In this document: positions 8,817-19,900 of the stretch, in pieces
Layout: each line of letters begins with the position of its first letter
Numbering within the stretch: the stretch's first letter is position 1
DNA from: Parcubacteria group bacterium
GTDB lineage: Bacteria > Patescibacteriota > Minisyncoccia > UBA6257 > JACRHW01
Direction of reading: 5' to 3'
Length of the DNA stretch: 64,000 nt
NCBI GenBank assembly: GCA_016217555.1
Contig: JACRHW010000023.1
Location: 466-64,465, forward strand
Program-made: the position numbers and the translations under genes
The notes under the pieces: generated by a model
Seen by the model: the letters and a program-made list of their open reading frames with translations, nothing else
What the model was told of the DNA's origin: nothing
Database searches by the model: none

Positions 8817-9919
8817 ACACAAACAAAAAATTATTGTTAATCTTATTTCTGGCGAGCATGGCTCCGTATGGCGTCCATGGCGCCTATCGTTTTTCCGATT
8901 TTAAAGCAAAGTCACCTATTCATGTTTACAAATCAGCTCAAACCTCACCCTCTGGAATTACCCCCGACCAAATTAAGACACTATACCATCTTCCTAAAAC
9001 AGGCGAAGAAGGGACGATTGCGATTATTGCTGCATACGATGACCCAACGATAGAAAAAGATCTCAATATATTTAATAAAGCATTCAATCTCCCCTCCTGC
9101 ACCACTCAGAACAACTGCTTCGAAAAACATAAAATGACCAAATCTATAAAAACTGATGGCGGTTGGTCACTTGAAACCTCTCTCGATGTTGAGTGGGCCC
9201 ACGCCATTGCGCCAAAGGCGAGAATCTTGCTCGTAGAGGCAACAACACCAAGCGGAAAAAATCTTCTTGATGCCATCGACTATGCACGAGCACGACCAGA
9301 TATTGTCGCCGTCTCGATGAGTTGGGGTGGATCAGAATTTAAGGACGAAACCGATCTCGATTCGCATTTTACAAGCCTACATCGCATAGCATTTTTTGCC
9401 TCATCGGGTGACAACGGCTGGGGTGCAAGTTGGCCTGCATCATCACCAAATGTGATAGGAGTGGGTGGCACCAGTTTAAAACTCAATACAGATGGTTCAC
9501 TAGCATCAGAAACCGCATGGAGCGGGAGTGGTGGTGGGGTAAGCAAATACGAAAACCAACCAAGTTATCAGAAAGACTACACAATTCCAAAATCAAAAGG
9601 TAAGCGCGCCATCCCCGACGTCTCCTATAACGCCGATCCGAAATCAGGATTTCCTGTTTATAAAAGTTCAACATCTAAAGGGAACTGGTATGTAGTTGGT
9701 GGTACCAGCGCAGGAGCACCACAGTGGGCAGCCATTCAATCATTAGGTCTTTCAGCCTCACTTGAAAATTTCTACAAAGACAAGGCATCAGATAATTATG
9801 CTTCGTTCTTTAGAGATATCGTAAGCGGTAAAAACGGCTCCTGTACCTACTACTGTGAAGCACGAAAACACTACGACTACGTAACCGGCCTCGGAAGCCC
9901 ACAAACTGTACATTTCTAA
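8813..9919 (+). CDS. Secreted serine peptidase, S8/S53 (sedolisin/subtilase-like) family
   Basis: Signal peptide, an SSGDNGW motif, and GGTSAGAPQWAAI (Ser nucleophile motif). The start overlaps the dus stop (ATGA). Confidence 0.65.
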   Translation: MNTNKKLLLILFLASMAPYGVHGAYRFSDFKAKSPIHVYKSAQTSPSGITPDQIKTLYHLPKTGEEGTIAIIAAYDDPTIEKDLNIFNKAFNLPSCTTQNNCFEKHKMTKSIKTDGGWSLETSLDVEWAHAIAPKARILLVEATTPSGKNLLDAIDYARARPDIVAVSMSWGGSEFKDETDLDSHFTSLHRIAFFASSGDNGWGASWPASSPNVIGVGGTSLKLNTDGSLASETAWSGSGGGVSKYENQPSYQKDYTIPKSKGKRAIPDVSYNADPKSGFPVYKSSTSKGNWYVVGGTSAGAPQWAAIQSLGLSASLENFYKDKASDNYASFFRDIVSGKNGSCTYYCEARKHYDYVTGLGSPQTVHF

Positions 9920-9985
9920 ATATTTCTTTTTCTCTGTTTTGTGTTACAACGAAGTTAGTACCTAAACAAAAAATAGGAGGCTCAC

Positions 9986-10591
9986 ATGCTATCAGCATGC
10001 TACATTCTCGAAGAGCATTATTATACGGTTGAAGAAATGATTGCCATGATCGACGAACCAAACCGTTCTATGTGCACCCATATTCTTACTGAAAATCGAA
10101 AACTTTTTCAAACTGTTCAAGGCTCAACAAATAATCATCAGGCGTGGTCCGGAGGCTACTTCGACCACGTTCAAGAAATTATGAATATCGCCATCATTCT
10201 TTATGAACGTCTTAACATTGCTCGCCCCCTCCCCTTCTCTCTTTCTGACGCACTCCTCGTAGTATTTCTTCATGACATCGAAAAACCATGGAAATACGAG
10301 TTAAGCTCCGATGGACAACTCCAAGAAAAAAAAGAGTTAAAAACAAAAGCAGCCCAGCATGAATTCCGCGCAAGAAAACTTGAGGAGTATGGCATTGTTC
10401 TTACAGAAGACCAAAAGAATGGCATGAAATATGTCGAAGGAGAATTTAATGACTACAGCAACCGACGACGCATGATGAACCCCCTCGCAGCACTCTGTCA
10501 CCTCGCAGATGTCACAAGCGCCCGCATCTGGTTTGACCACCCCAGGCAAGAAAAAGATCCCTGGCTTGGCGCACAACGCATTCGAAAATAA
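9986..10591 (+). CDS. HD-domain metal-dependent phosphohydrolase (putative)
   Basis: H...HD...D pattern (YFDHVQE, FLHDIEK, LCHLADVTSAR). Good SD (TAGGAGG). Confidence 0.5.
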   Translation: MLSACYILEEHYYTVEEMIAMIDEPNRSMCTHILTENRKLFQTVQGSTNNHQAWSGGYFDHVQEIMNIAIILYERLNIARPLPFSLSDALLVVFLHDIEKPWKYELSSDGQLQEKKELKTKAAQHEFRARKLEEYGIVLTEDQKNGMKYVEGEFNDYSNRRRMMNPLAALCHLADVTSARIWFDHPRQEKDPWLGAQRIRK

Positions 10592-10596
10592 TAAAT

Positions 10597-10630
10597 AGAA
10601 AAATCGCCCCATTAAGGCGATTTATTTTTT
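10597..10630. terminator. Bidirectional terminator hairpin
   Basis: AAATCGCC / GGCGATTT stem with an A-run and a T-run. Overlaps the stop of the convergent minus-strand gene. Confidence 0.5.
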
Positions 10631-11393
10631 ACTTCCTAAAAAGTGCAAATGCTTTTTTGACATAGGCTACTGCGGCAACAATATCGAGATGATCATCCTT
10701 ATCTCGTAGTCTTCCCTCAGCATCAATGCAAAGATCAGGAAATTCATCAACAAGCGGGGCAACAAGATGAAGGGTGTCAGCACTCAAACCACCCGCCACA
10801 CCAAGCCCTATATCAAGCCCCTTCTTCTCAAGTGCCTGCAAATATTGTCTGAGAACTTCTGTATCAAGTGGTTTCCCCAAACCACCGCTTGGGTCAAGAA
10901 GAACACAATCGATATAGTCAGCATATTCTTGTGCAATCTTGTCAGCCAGCTTTCTTGGTGAATCCTTAACGCACGCAAACGCATGACTACCTACCTGAAG
11001 GACAATAGTTGGCCCACTCCTCATCATATAAAACTTGCGAAGTACTCTTGGGTCCGGCCACCCCATATTAAGCTGAAAGCCGTGACAGTGCGGCCCAGCC
11101 AAACTACGTGCCTTAATCATCTGCTCAAAAAGCAAATCAGGATCCTTTGTGTTAAAATGAATGAGATTCAAAACGCGCGGATCATCCTCTAGAATACTTC
11201 CCATAGTTTCTGGTGTTGGGTATCGATTCGGCCACTTATTAGAAACACCTTCAATTGTTTTTGAACTCGCAAGTACCCCCACCATAAGCTTCCGCCTTGA
11301 ACCCTGCGGGACAACATCTAATAGAGAGACGACATGGGTGTTATTCATAACACCGGTCACCCCAACATACGACTCCATGCAACCCACCTCCAT
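10629..11393 (-). CDS. TIM-barrel protein resembling phosphoribosylanthranilate isomerase (TrpF-like)
   Basis: LLDPSGGLGKPLD and VAGGLSADT motifs match the TrpF phosphate-binding motifs (LDxxxGGxGxxFDW, LAGGLxxxN). C-terminal IDAEGRLRDKD matches the D.NS..E..G.KD end motif. The N-terminal ~40 aa are uncertain. Confidence 0.45.
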   Translation of the reverse strand: MEVGCMESYVGVTGVMNNTHVVSLLDVVPQGSRRKLMVGVLASSKTIEGVSNKWPNRYPTPETMGSILEDDPRVLNLIHFNTKDPDLLFEQMIKARSLAGPHCHGFQLNMGWPDPRVLRKFYMMRSGPTIVLQVGSHAFACVKDSPRKLADKIAQEYADYIDCVLLDPSGGLGKPLDTEVLRQYLQALEKKGLDIGLGVAGGLSADTLHLVAPLVDEFPDLCIDAEGRLRDKDDHLDIVAAVAYVKKAFALFRK

Positions 11394-11448
11394 TTCAATT
11401 TTTCAAGGACCTGCTCTATATAAACCTATTTTTTATACTATGTCGAGC

Positions 11449-13077
11449 CTAAACAAAAAACGATAGTAACTCTTTTTTAAAGACATGGCACAAAAGAATT
11501 ACGCCGCCCAAAAGCCAAAAAGAAGTGAAGATCAAAGAAAATCGTGTCCATGGTGAGATAGGTGACATTATATGTAAATCCCCCGCAGCATAAGAAGTGG
11601 CTCCAAAAGATGTTGTCGCAATCTCCTTACCCGCTGGAGTTACGAGAACAGACCTTGCGTAGGAAGCCGCGAGCATGAGGGGCCTCCAATTTTCTACCGC
11701 ACGATACTCTACCACACGTACCTGCCAATCTGCATAGTAACTCCTCGACATAGTAAAGTCACTTGCCATATCGGCAATAAGTACTGCCCCGCGCCCCACA
11801 TCTCTTGCCACCAAAAAGGAATTAAACCCTTCATTGCAAAAGATCACAGAAATTTTTCCGAAAAATCCAGACAAGGGCGAGTTATTCTCCCCGACCCCTT
11901 CAGGGAAAGATTTTTGTACTTCCGGAGACCACATATCTTTCAATGGAAGAAATTCACCAAATGGAAATAGATTACGTTTGTAAGTCGTTCTGGGCACACC
12001 ACCACCTGTCACCAGACTTGCTCCGTTATGCCACGCATTCGACACTGTTGCATCCATAAACCCAAAAAGTGCCATATACCCAGGAGACAGAATATTTGAG
12101 ACTTTAAGGTTAAGGGTATCGAGTGAAGGATAATGCGCAAAAAATGAAGAAAGGGCCGAAGGACTACTCGGATATACAGAATATGTCGTCTCTGGAAGCA
12201 AAATAAATTTCTGGGTGGATACCCCCCCCAGATTCCTTTCTTGCACCAAACGCAGCAAGCGATCATACGCGTTCAATGTCCCTAGACTATACTTATCACC
12301 ATCACCCACCTGAACAACAATCCCATTTATACTTGCACCTTTTATGTATATTGAATTCACCCAACTCCGAATCCCCCAACCAATCGTCCCCCACACCACA
12401 AGAACAAGACACACCACGATCATCCGAAAAAAATATGTATTCTTAAACAAAATCCTTTTCTCCAAAACAAAAATCCAGTTAATCATCAAAACACCAAAAG
12501 AGACAATCCAAACACCCCCAACACCCGCCAACTGTCCAAAAATACTTGAAGCAGGAAGAAAATACCCCAAAGAAACCCCCATATCAAAATTCAGATAAAA
12601 AAGAATAAGCTCAATAAAAATCCAGAATGAAGACAGTATTGTAACGATCAAAAAGGTTGACATTCGTGACGCAAAAATCAATCTCTTTGAAACAAGCGAA
12701 TATAATCCCCATGCCAATCCATGTAATAATCCCATAAAGACAAGTATGGCAATCACCACCCCCCAAACGATGTAAGGAGAAATTCCGAGCCACGGATATG
12801 GAGCGGAGATAAGATACACATGAAAGAAAAACACGTAATACAAAAACCCAAAAAGAATACCACCCCAAAAGATATTCTTTTCTGAAAAACCTCTAGTAGA
12901 CAAGATTTTAAACCATGGGAAAAAAGCAATAAATACTAGCGGCCAGATATTTAATGGAGGAAAAGCGACAACAAGAAAAGCGAAAGACAAAAGTACAGCA
13001 AAAATAACCCGAACCAACGGGAAGGAAATAAGCTTTTGAAAAGAAATGGTAATCCTCTTAATAATCACACCTTGCAA
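11449..13077 (-). CDS. lnt: Apolipoprotein N-acyltransferase-like (polytopic membrane N-domain + CN-hydrolase domain)
   Basis: N-terminal ~230 aa has 6-7 TM helices. The C-terminal domain has an ISVIFCNEGF Cys motif similar to the Lnt ICYE catalytic Cys. Contains a G8 homopolymer (12222-12229) in frame. Confidence 0.55.
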   Translation of the reverse strand: MQGVIIKRITISFQKLISFPLVRVIFAVLLSFAFLVVAFPPLNIWPLVFIAFFPWFKILSTRGFSEKNIFWGGILFGFLYYVFFFHVYLISAPYPWLGISPYIVWGVVIAILVFMGLLHGLAWGLYSLVSKRLIFASRMSTFLIVTILSSFWIFIELILFYLNFDMGVSLGYFLPASSIFGQLAGVGGVWIVSFGVLMINWIFVLEKRILFKNTYFFRMIVVCLVLVVWGTIGWGIRSWVNSIYIKGASINGIVVQVGDGDKYSLGTLNAYDRLLRLVQERNLGGVSTQKFILLPETTYSVYPSSPSALSSFFAHYPSLDTLNLKVSNILSPGYMALFGFMDATVSNAWHNGASLVTGGGVPRTTYKRNLFPFGEFLPLKDMWSPEVQKSFPEGVGENNSPLSGFFGKISVIFCNEGFNSFLVARDVGRGAVLIADMASDFTMSRSYYADWQVRVVEYRAVENWRPLMLAASYARSVLVTPAGKEIATTSFGATSYAAGDLHIMSPISPWTRFSLIFTSFWLLGGVILLCHVFKKELLSFFV

Positions 13078-13137
13078 TCTTCAACTCATGATATAATAAA
13101 ATAAGAAAATGTTCACTTTATTAAAATAACAAAAAAC

Positions 13138-16100
13138 ATGCGCATCATCGTTAAGTTTTTTTCAGTATTCACCATAAGCGTCACACTATTGACACCAAGT
13201 CTTCTTTTTGCACAAAGCCCAATATCCCAAACCCCAATCCCACTGATAGGGGGTTCTTATGCTCCACCCGCACAAGTCGATGTTGTAAACGTAGTATTAG
13301 AAAAACAACAATACAACGACGGTGATACGATTCGAGGATCATTCGCCCTAAGAAATGAGCGCGCAGAAAGCGTACCTGCTATTTATTACAAAATCATCTT
13401 GGGTGGTGATTTCGATGCACAAGGAAACGCAGGAACAATATACGATGTAAAAACATTCACTCCTTATTTTCTACGCCCCGGAGAATTTAAAACAATACAA
13501 TTTGAATATACACCCCCTATTGGCGTTACAGGAAAACATTTAGGAATAATCATAAATGCATTCCTCGAGCAAGGAACACCAGTGAGTTGGTCATTCCCTA
13601 TTTTTTTAAATGTAGCGGGTGACTTTTCTTATATTAATGCCTCGGATACAAAAATAGTCGTTAATAAAAAGGAATTTTCTACAGAAGAAGGTCCTGCACT
13701 TTATAAAAACCAAGTGGTAGAATACCATGTGACGCTTCAAAATCCCTCCTCAAAACAAATCACAATAACGCCTAAGATTGATATTTACAAACGAGTCGCA
13801 TTACCCCCCACTCTAAAAAGCTATAACGAAAAACAAATAACCCTCGCCCCAAAAGAAAAAAAACAAATAGTTTTTGAACTCCCCGATTTCGATTATAAAG
13901 CAGGCGTCTATGCGGGTACTATCTTGCTCATAAATAAAGAAGGAAAACAACAGGGACCACTATTAACATTCAGATATCTTGTATTAGGTGACACGCTTAC
14001 TATTGAGAATGTTACTCCCTCACACACCAGTGTAACAAAAGGTGCCTCATTCTCTATAAGGGTAGACTACAGCACGCCGTTAATTGATTTTGCTACAAGC
14101 CAAACGGTAGATCTGGGAACACCAATCCTTGAAATACAAGCATATAACGAAAGAGATTCTTTGGTCGCAGAAGGAAAAAGCACAATAAATCCAACCAAAA
14201 TAGAACGAAACAAAATATTCCAACTCAAAGCATCTGATGACGCCAAAGCCCTACGAATCGAAGCCAAAATTCTAAAAGACGACGTCATTATTGCCAAATA
14301 TTCAACCAACCTCTCCTCGGATTATGCAATCCAAAAAGAACGTAAAGATCTCTCCTACCAAGGGACTCTTCGTGCGTGGGTTTATGGAGTTATCGTCATA
14401 CTACTTCTTCTTGCTGCTACTGGCCTTTTTCTCCTCAAAAGAAAAAAGGGGGGCACACTACTTGTCGTTGGAGCAATCTTTCTTGCCATTTTTTCATCTC
14501 ATGAGACAAAAGCACAACTTGGAAAACAAACGCAACTTGGATACCAAACACAAACACAAGAACAACAATGTACTTCGCAAGGAGGAGTTTGGGTGCTTAA
14601 CACATCCAATACAGGAGGATCCTGTACACTTCCACAATCACTTTCGCTTGATTCAGTCGCTGCATCGCCTAACCCAACATCGTGGAGTAGCCAGGTTACC
14701 ACCCTGGGGTGGTCAGGAAAAGATGAAGTAAAAATAATAACAGAGACAAAAGACGTGTGCGTTCCAGGAAAGGCGTGTGTACCACAAACGACACAAAGCG
14801 CCAAAACGTTTCCTACGACCTGCACCTTATCTGGAGATAAATATTCTAATTACAATATCACTTCTTACCAAAATGATAGTGTAAATATGTTTAGTGCGGG
14901 ACCTGTTTTTTTAGGGGGAGATAAATCGTTTATATTAGGAGGTGGCACCAGCGGACCAGGATTCTCCACAGCAGTTCCAGACGAAGGAGCTACTTTTACC
15001 ATTACCTGTAGCAACTCAAATGGATCACATGCTTCACAAGTAATTGGTGTGGGGGTGGGGGGAACTTTCACTTACACAACAGCACCAAGCATTAACGTAA
15101 CTCCATACTTCAACCCCACCGCAGCAGTACAGACAACTCTTGCCCTAACCGCAAGCCCAACACAAGGACTGGTGAAACCTAGAGATACTATTTATCTTGG
15201 TGTAAATACTACCGGATCTGGATGCACAAACACATTTTCAACAGCAGTCTATACCATAACTCCAACATGGCCAGGAGCATCAACACAGTCAGGAAGTAAT
15301 GGTGTTGGGGGACATCAAATTCTTAATTATAATCTTCCTTATACTTTTGCGGTTACAATACCAGAAAATACACCATCTGGAATTTATCGTATTTACCTTT
15401 CTACAAATTATTTTCTTGGTGGATATTGGGAAATTAAAGTTAAGGCTCCAAACCCAACCATCGGATCATTCTCTGCAAATCCAACCACAATAGCGAAGGG
15501 CGGGACCTCTTACCTTTCGTGGTCATCGAATAATGCAACCTATTGCACACTTTCTAGTGTCGGAAACGTCCTCAAAAACTCAAGCTCATACCCTGTTTCT
15601 CCGACGCAAGATACAACGTATACACTTACTTGCTACAATGCCTCAAACGTCCCATCGCCAACATCACAACTCACAGTAAACGTCTTATCAATTGGTTCGT
15701 TTAGTGGGGCAGCATCGATAATACCCAAAGGAGGAAGTACCACACTTACGTGGTCATCAAACCACACAGATTCCTGCTCACTCTTTGCAAATGGAACTCT
15801 GTTTGCAAGTGGACTGAGTGGAAATACTTCTTATACTGTTTCTCCTTTAGTGGATACAACCTATACACTCACCTGCTATGGAGGAGGCACTCAAATTTCT
15901 GCAGGAAATTCAGTACCCATAAAAATTTTAGCAATTGATACATTCACGGGCCCCGCAAACACAACAATACTTACTGGAGATACAGTAAACCTTTATTGGA
16001 CAACAAGGAATGCAGCATCCTGCTCATTATCAAGCGTTGGTAATGTACCTACAACAGCAAATCCATTTACCGTCTCCCCCACCCAAGACTCGACGACCTA

Positions 16101-16824
16101 CACTCTTACCTGTTCTAGTGGCGGTGTTTCGTATACATTCCCCACACCGATCGTCATTAAAATCCTCTCTATCCCAGTCTTCACTATCTACCCCACTACA
16201 ATCTACAGAAGTAATCCTACTACAGCCACTCTTACTTGGATTACCAAAAATGCATCAACATGTAACGCCTCATCGGATCCAAATGTATCTGATTGGTCGG
16301 GATTAAAAACGGTAGGCAACGATGCTTCGGGACAAGGTTCTCAAAAACAACAAACGATAACGCTCCCGAGTCCACCCAAAGGATCTGCACCAAGAAAATA
16401 CACTCTCACATGTACAGGTCCAGGAGGAGCGCCAAGTCTCCCGAAATCCATAGAGGCACCAAAAGATTTCATTTTCCATACCCTACTCACCAAAATAACG
16501 TGTTCAAAAGACAACACAACCTTTGGAGACTGTTCTGGAATAAAGCTTGTTGCAGGAAGCTCAATATATCTTAAGGACGAATCTGATCCAACACCAGGCT
16601 CAACAATTTCAAGTCGTCTATGGACATTTAGTAACGGGAAACCATCAACATGTCCTTCATCTCATGCAGGATGTACTAATCTACAAATCCCAAAAGTATC
16701 CTTCCTTACCGAAGGGACACAAACGGCAACGCTTGTCGTAACCGATTCTGCGGGAGAGACAGAAACGATCTCGAAGACATTCAAAATCTCAAAACCATCA
16801 TTCCAAGAAACAGCGCCACAGTAG
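13138..16824 (+). CDS. Giant surface protein, paralog 1: signal peptide, N-domain, central membrane helical hairpin, 4 Ig-like Cys-containing repeats, conserved C-terminal domain
   Basis: 1,228-aa ORF. Signal peptide MRIIVKFFSVFTISVTLLTPSLLFAQS. TM helix + KRKKGG followed immediately by a second signal-peptide-like helix (aa ~410-455). Four ~85-aa repeats with the pattern L.W.S.NA..C...(YTLTC). The C-terminus is near-identical to paralog 2. Confidence 0.8.
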   Translation: MRIIVKFFSVFTISVTLLTPSLLFAQSPISQTPIPLIGGSYAPPAQVDVVNVVLEKQQYNDGDTIRGSFALRNERAESVPAIYYKIILGGDFDAQGNAGTIYDVKTFTPYFLRPGEFKTIQFEYTPPIGVTGKHLGIIINAFLEQGTPVSWSFPIFLNVAGDFSYINASDTKIVVNKKEFSTEEGPALYKNQVVEYHVTLQNPSSKQITITPKIDIYKRVALPPTLKSYNEKQITLAPKEKKQIVFELPDFDYKAGVYAGTILLINKEGKQQGPLLTFRYLVLGDTLTIENVTPSHTSVTKGASFSIRVDYSTPLIDFATSQTVDLGTPILEIQAYNERDSLVAEGKSTINPTKIERNKIFQLKASDDAKALRIEAKILKDDVIIAKYSTNLSSDYAIQKERKDLSYQGTLRAWVYGVIVILLLLAATGLFLLKRKKGGTLLVVGAIFLAIFSSHETKAQLGKQTQLGYQTQTQEQQCTSQGGVWVLNTSNTGGSCTLPQSLSLDSVAASPNPTSWSSQVTTLGWSGKDEVKIITETKDVCVPGKACVPQTTQSAKTFPTTCTLSGDKYSNYNITSYQNDSVNMFSAGPVFLGGDKSFILGGGTSGPGFSTAVPDEGATFTITCSNSNGSHASQVIGVGVGGTFTYTTAPSINVTPYFNPTAAVQTTLALTASPTQGLVKPRDTIYLGVNTTGSGCTNTFSTAVYTITPTWPGASTQSGSNGVGGHQILNYNLPYTFAVTIPENTPSGIYRIYLSTNYFLGGYWEIKVKAPNPTIGSFSANPTTIAKGGTSYLSWSSNNATYCTLSSVGNVLKNSSSYPVSPTQDTTYTLTCYNASNVPSPTSQLTVNVLSIGSFSGAASIIPKGGSTTLTWSSNHTDSCSLFANGTLFASGLSGNTSYTVSPLVDTTYTLTCYGGGTQISAGNSVPIKILAIDTFTGPANTTILTGDTVNLYWTTRNAASCSLSSVGNVPTTANPFTVSPTQDSTTYTLTCSSGGVSYTFPTPIVIKILSIPVFTIYPTTIYRSNPTTATLTWITKNASTCNASSDPNVSDWSGLKTVGNDASGQGSQKQQTITLPSPPKGSAPRKYTLTCTGPGGAPSLPKSIEAPKDFIFHTLLTKITCSKDNTTFGDCSGIKLVAGSSIYLKDESDPTPGSTISSRLWTFSNGKPSTCPSSHAGCTNLQIPKVSFLTEGTQTATLVVTDSAGETETISKTFKISKPSFQETAPQ

Positions 16825-16840
16825 AAAACTCAACGACCTG

Positions 16841-16872
16841 AAACAAAGCCACGCAATTGCGTGGCTTTGTAG
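16841..16872 (+). terminator. Rho-independent terminator after paralog 1
   Basis: AAAGCCACGC-AATT-GCGTGGCTTT hairpin. Confidence 0.6.
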
Positions 16873-16978
16873 TTATATATGATCACACGATGCAAAAATC
16901 GAAGCTTTACACAAGACGAACACATCTATGCATGGTAAAATAAAGGTGTAAATCTAAAAAAAATAAAACACAAAAAAC

Positions 16979-19900
16979 ATGCGTATTTTAAAATTCTTTT
17001 CGGTCGGAACAATCCTTTTATCATTACTATCCCCTCTCTCGATCTTTGCACAGACACCTACTCCAACACCACCAGCGCAAAAATCTTTTGCACCACCTGT
17101 TCAAGTATATGTTATTGAGGAAACTCTGAACAATGCAGAGTTTAGGGGTGGAGACACAATAAAAGGATCTTTTAAGTTTGTGAACAGAGGAGATGAAAAT
17201 ATTCCTGAAGTATATTACCACTTATCCCTTATGGGCGATTATGACAAAAATGATGCCCCTGGAGTTATTTATGATCAAAAAACATATGGTCCATTTTTCT
17301 TGCATACTCAAGAGACAAAACCTATAGATTTCGAATATACACTACCGAAGGGAATAAGCGGAGATCACATAGGCATACATATTAGTACATTTTTAAAAAC
17401 TGGGTTATTCCTTGGATGGTCACAATCCTTCATAAAAATACAAGGAGAAACACACCGCATAGATTTCTCCAAAGTAAGCTTGGCGGTAGATAAAAACGAG
17501 TTTGATCCAGAAACAGGACCAGCTGTCTATAAAGGAAAACAAATCACCTACAACGTTACCCTGTTTAATCCCTCCACCGATACAATTACATTTACCCCCA
17601 CAAATCACTATATATAAAAGGAATCCTATTCCTCCTGCTATCACAACATACAATGAAAAAGAGATAACCCTCAAATCAAAAGAAAGCAAAGAAGTACGTT
17701 TTCTCTTGCCAACATTCGATTATCAACCATCTGTATATGTCGGCAATATTACCTTTATTACCCAAGACAAAACACCAGCAGGACTCTTCTTAACATTCAG
17801 ATATATAATAATGGGAAAAGTGGTCGGAATAGATTCCATCATATCTGAAAAAACATCTATAGAAAAAGGGCAAACGCTTACTGTTAAAGTAAATTACAGT
17901 GGCGCTCCTGCTGACAATATCACCTTCGAAAATACAAAAATAGGAATTGTCACACTGCGCGTAAAAGTAATAAACGAAACAGGTACGACGATAGGACAGG
18001 GGGAAGAAACTATCGATGCTGATGACCAATCGATGACAACAAAAAACGTCCACATTCTCGCACGAGAAAGTGGGAAAAAAATAAGTGTTGAAGCTCAAAT
18101 CATAAAAGACGGTAGTATCTTGGGGGAATATTCTTCAACACTATCTCCGCCCGAAGAAACAAACAAACTCACCTTATTCCCACTTTCAAAAAAGATCATC
18201 TATTCCTTTATTATTTTTCTCATATTCTTAATGGGCATAATGGTTTTGAAATCAAAAGGAAAAAAGGTAATTACAATTTTCTTGCTAGGACTCTCCCTCA
18301 CAACACCTGGACTAACTATACCAAATACATCACGTGCCGCATCGGGTACCTCCTATTTCCAATATACTTCTTCATCTCATACTTCAGTTCGAGATCTCAC
18401 TTTCGATCTTACTGGCGTAAATCCAATTCCCTACTATCTAAATCCAGGAGAGTCTTTCTATATATCAGGAACATATGTGGGTGGGTTCTGCGCTAATGGT
18501 CATTTGCAAGGAAGCACTTCGGTAAGTATCTCAGGAGGAGGAAGTTGGAGCTGGGGATGGAATATTCAAGGGTCTGGTGGTCATCATCATGGAGTTTTTT
18601 CTCAAGGGTTTGGCTATTGGGTTTCTGCACCAACACAGCCAGGTGTATATAATGTTAATTTCTCGACCAATGCACTTGGCCCATCAATAAACGGCTACTG
18701 GCAAATCCAAGTTATCCCCCCTCCTCCATCAATAAACTATTTTAATGGAGGCCCACTTGTAACCATTCCAGGAATTCCCGCATATCTGAATTGGTCATCA
18801 AATAACGCCTCCTCGTGCACGGTGTGGGGAAGTTCCAGTGGTCTCCCTCCAGTAAGATCTGGTTATCCCGTATATCCAAACCAAGACACCTCATACAGTC
18901 TCACGTGTTATAATTCGGCCGGTGTTTCAGCTAGCTATCCCTACCCCATAACCGTATCTATACTGCGTATTAATTCCTTTGGTGGCAGTCCGCCAATAAT
19001 TGCAAAAGGTGGTTCGGAAAATCTTTTCTGGTCTTCAAACCATGCATCAAACTGCGTTATCCCAGGTGTCGGAACATTCTATCCCGGTTCTTCAGCGACA
19101 GTATCCCCGATACAAGACACTACCTACACACTACAATGTTCTAATGGGGGTGTGTCTATTACCTATCCAACCCCTGTCACCGTCAAAGTTCTATCTATAG
19201 ATTCGTTCGGAACTTCTTCCCTCATCGCTTCTGGGGAATCTGCGACTCTTACATGGACTTCTCATAATGCAATCTCCTGCTCACTATCAGATGGATCCAA
19301 AACAATCGCAAGTGGTCTTCCTGGAAATGGCTCACATCCAATTTCCCCACAACAAGATACTTCGTACACCCTCACCTGCACAAATGGAAGCGTCTCATAT
19401 ACCTACCCCACACAAGTCACTATTAAGATTCTCGATATTCCTATTTTTACCATTGATCCAAAGGAAATCAATCGTGGTCAACAGGCAACGCTCACGTGGA
19501 TTACTAAAAATGCATCCACGTGTACCGCCTCGTCAAATCCGAACGATTCCACGTGGATATATACCAACCCGCCAAAAAATGATAATCAACAATCAAAAAA
19601 TGTTACACCACCAAATCTACCTCCAGGGTCAATACTTCGCAACTATTCTCTCACCTGTACAGGACCTAGTGGAATACCAAGTCTCACAAAATCAATACCG
19701 GCTCCAGGGCTTAAGGTTCACACCCTTCTTCCTGAATTTCAATGTTCAATGACAGGACAACCAGGATCCTTCGGGGATTGTTCAACTATGAAGTTGGTTG
19801 CAGGAACTACAATATATTTCAAAGACACCTCCAGTCCAACCCCACAAGCAACTATTGCAAGTCGGGCATGGATATTTACGAATGCAAAACCAGCAGGATC

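Noticed and set aside
14291-14731. Numerous 60-160-aa ORFs on the opposite strand or alternate frames inside the large genes (e.g. 14291..14731, 19267..19752, 58348..58731, 61820..62590)
   Set aside because: They are fully embedded in or antisense to much longer ORFs with clear domain structure, have low-complexity or biased composition, and lack RBS. They were treated as spurious.
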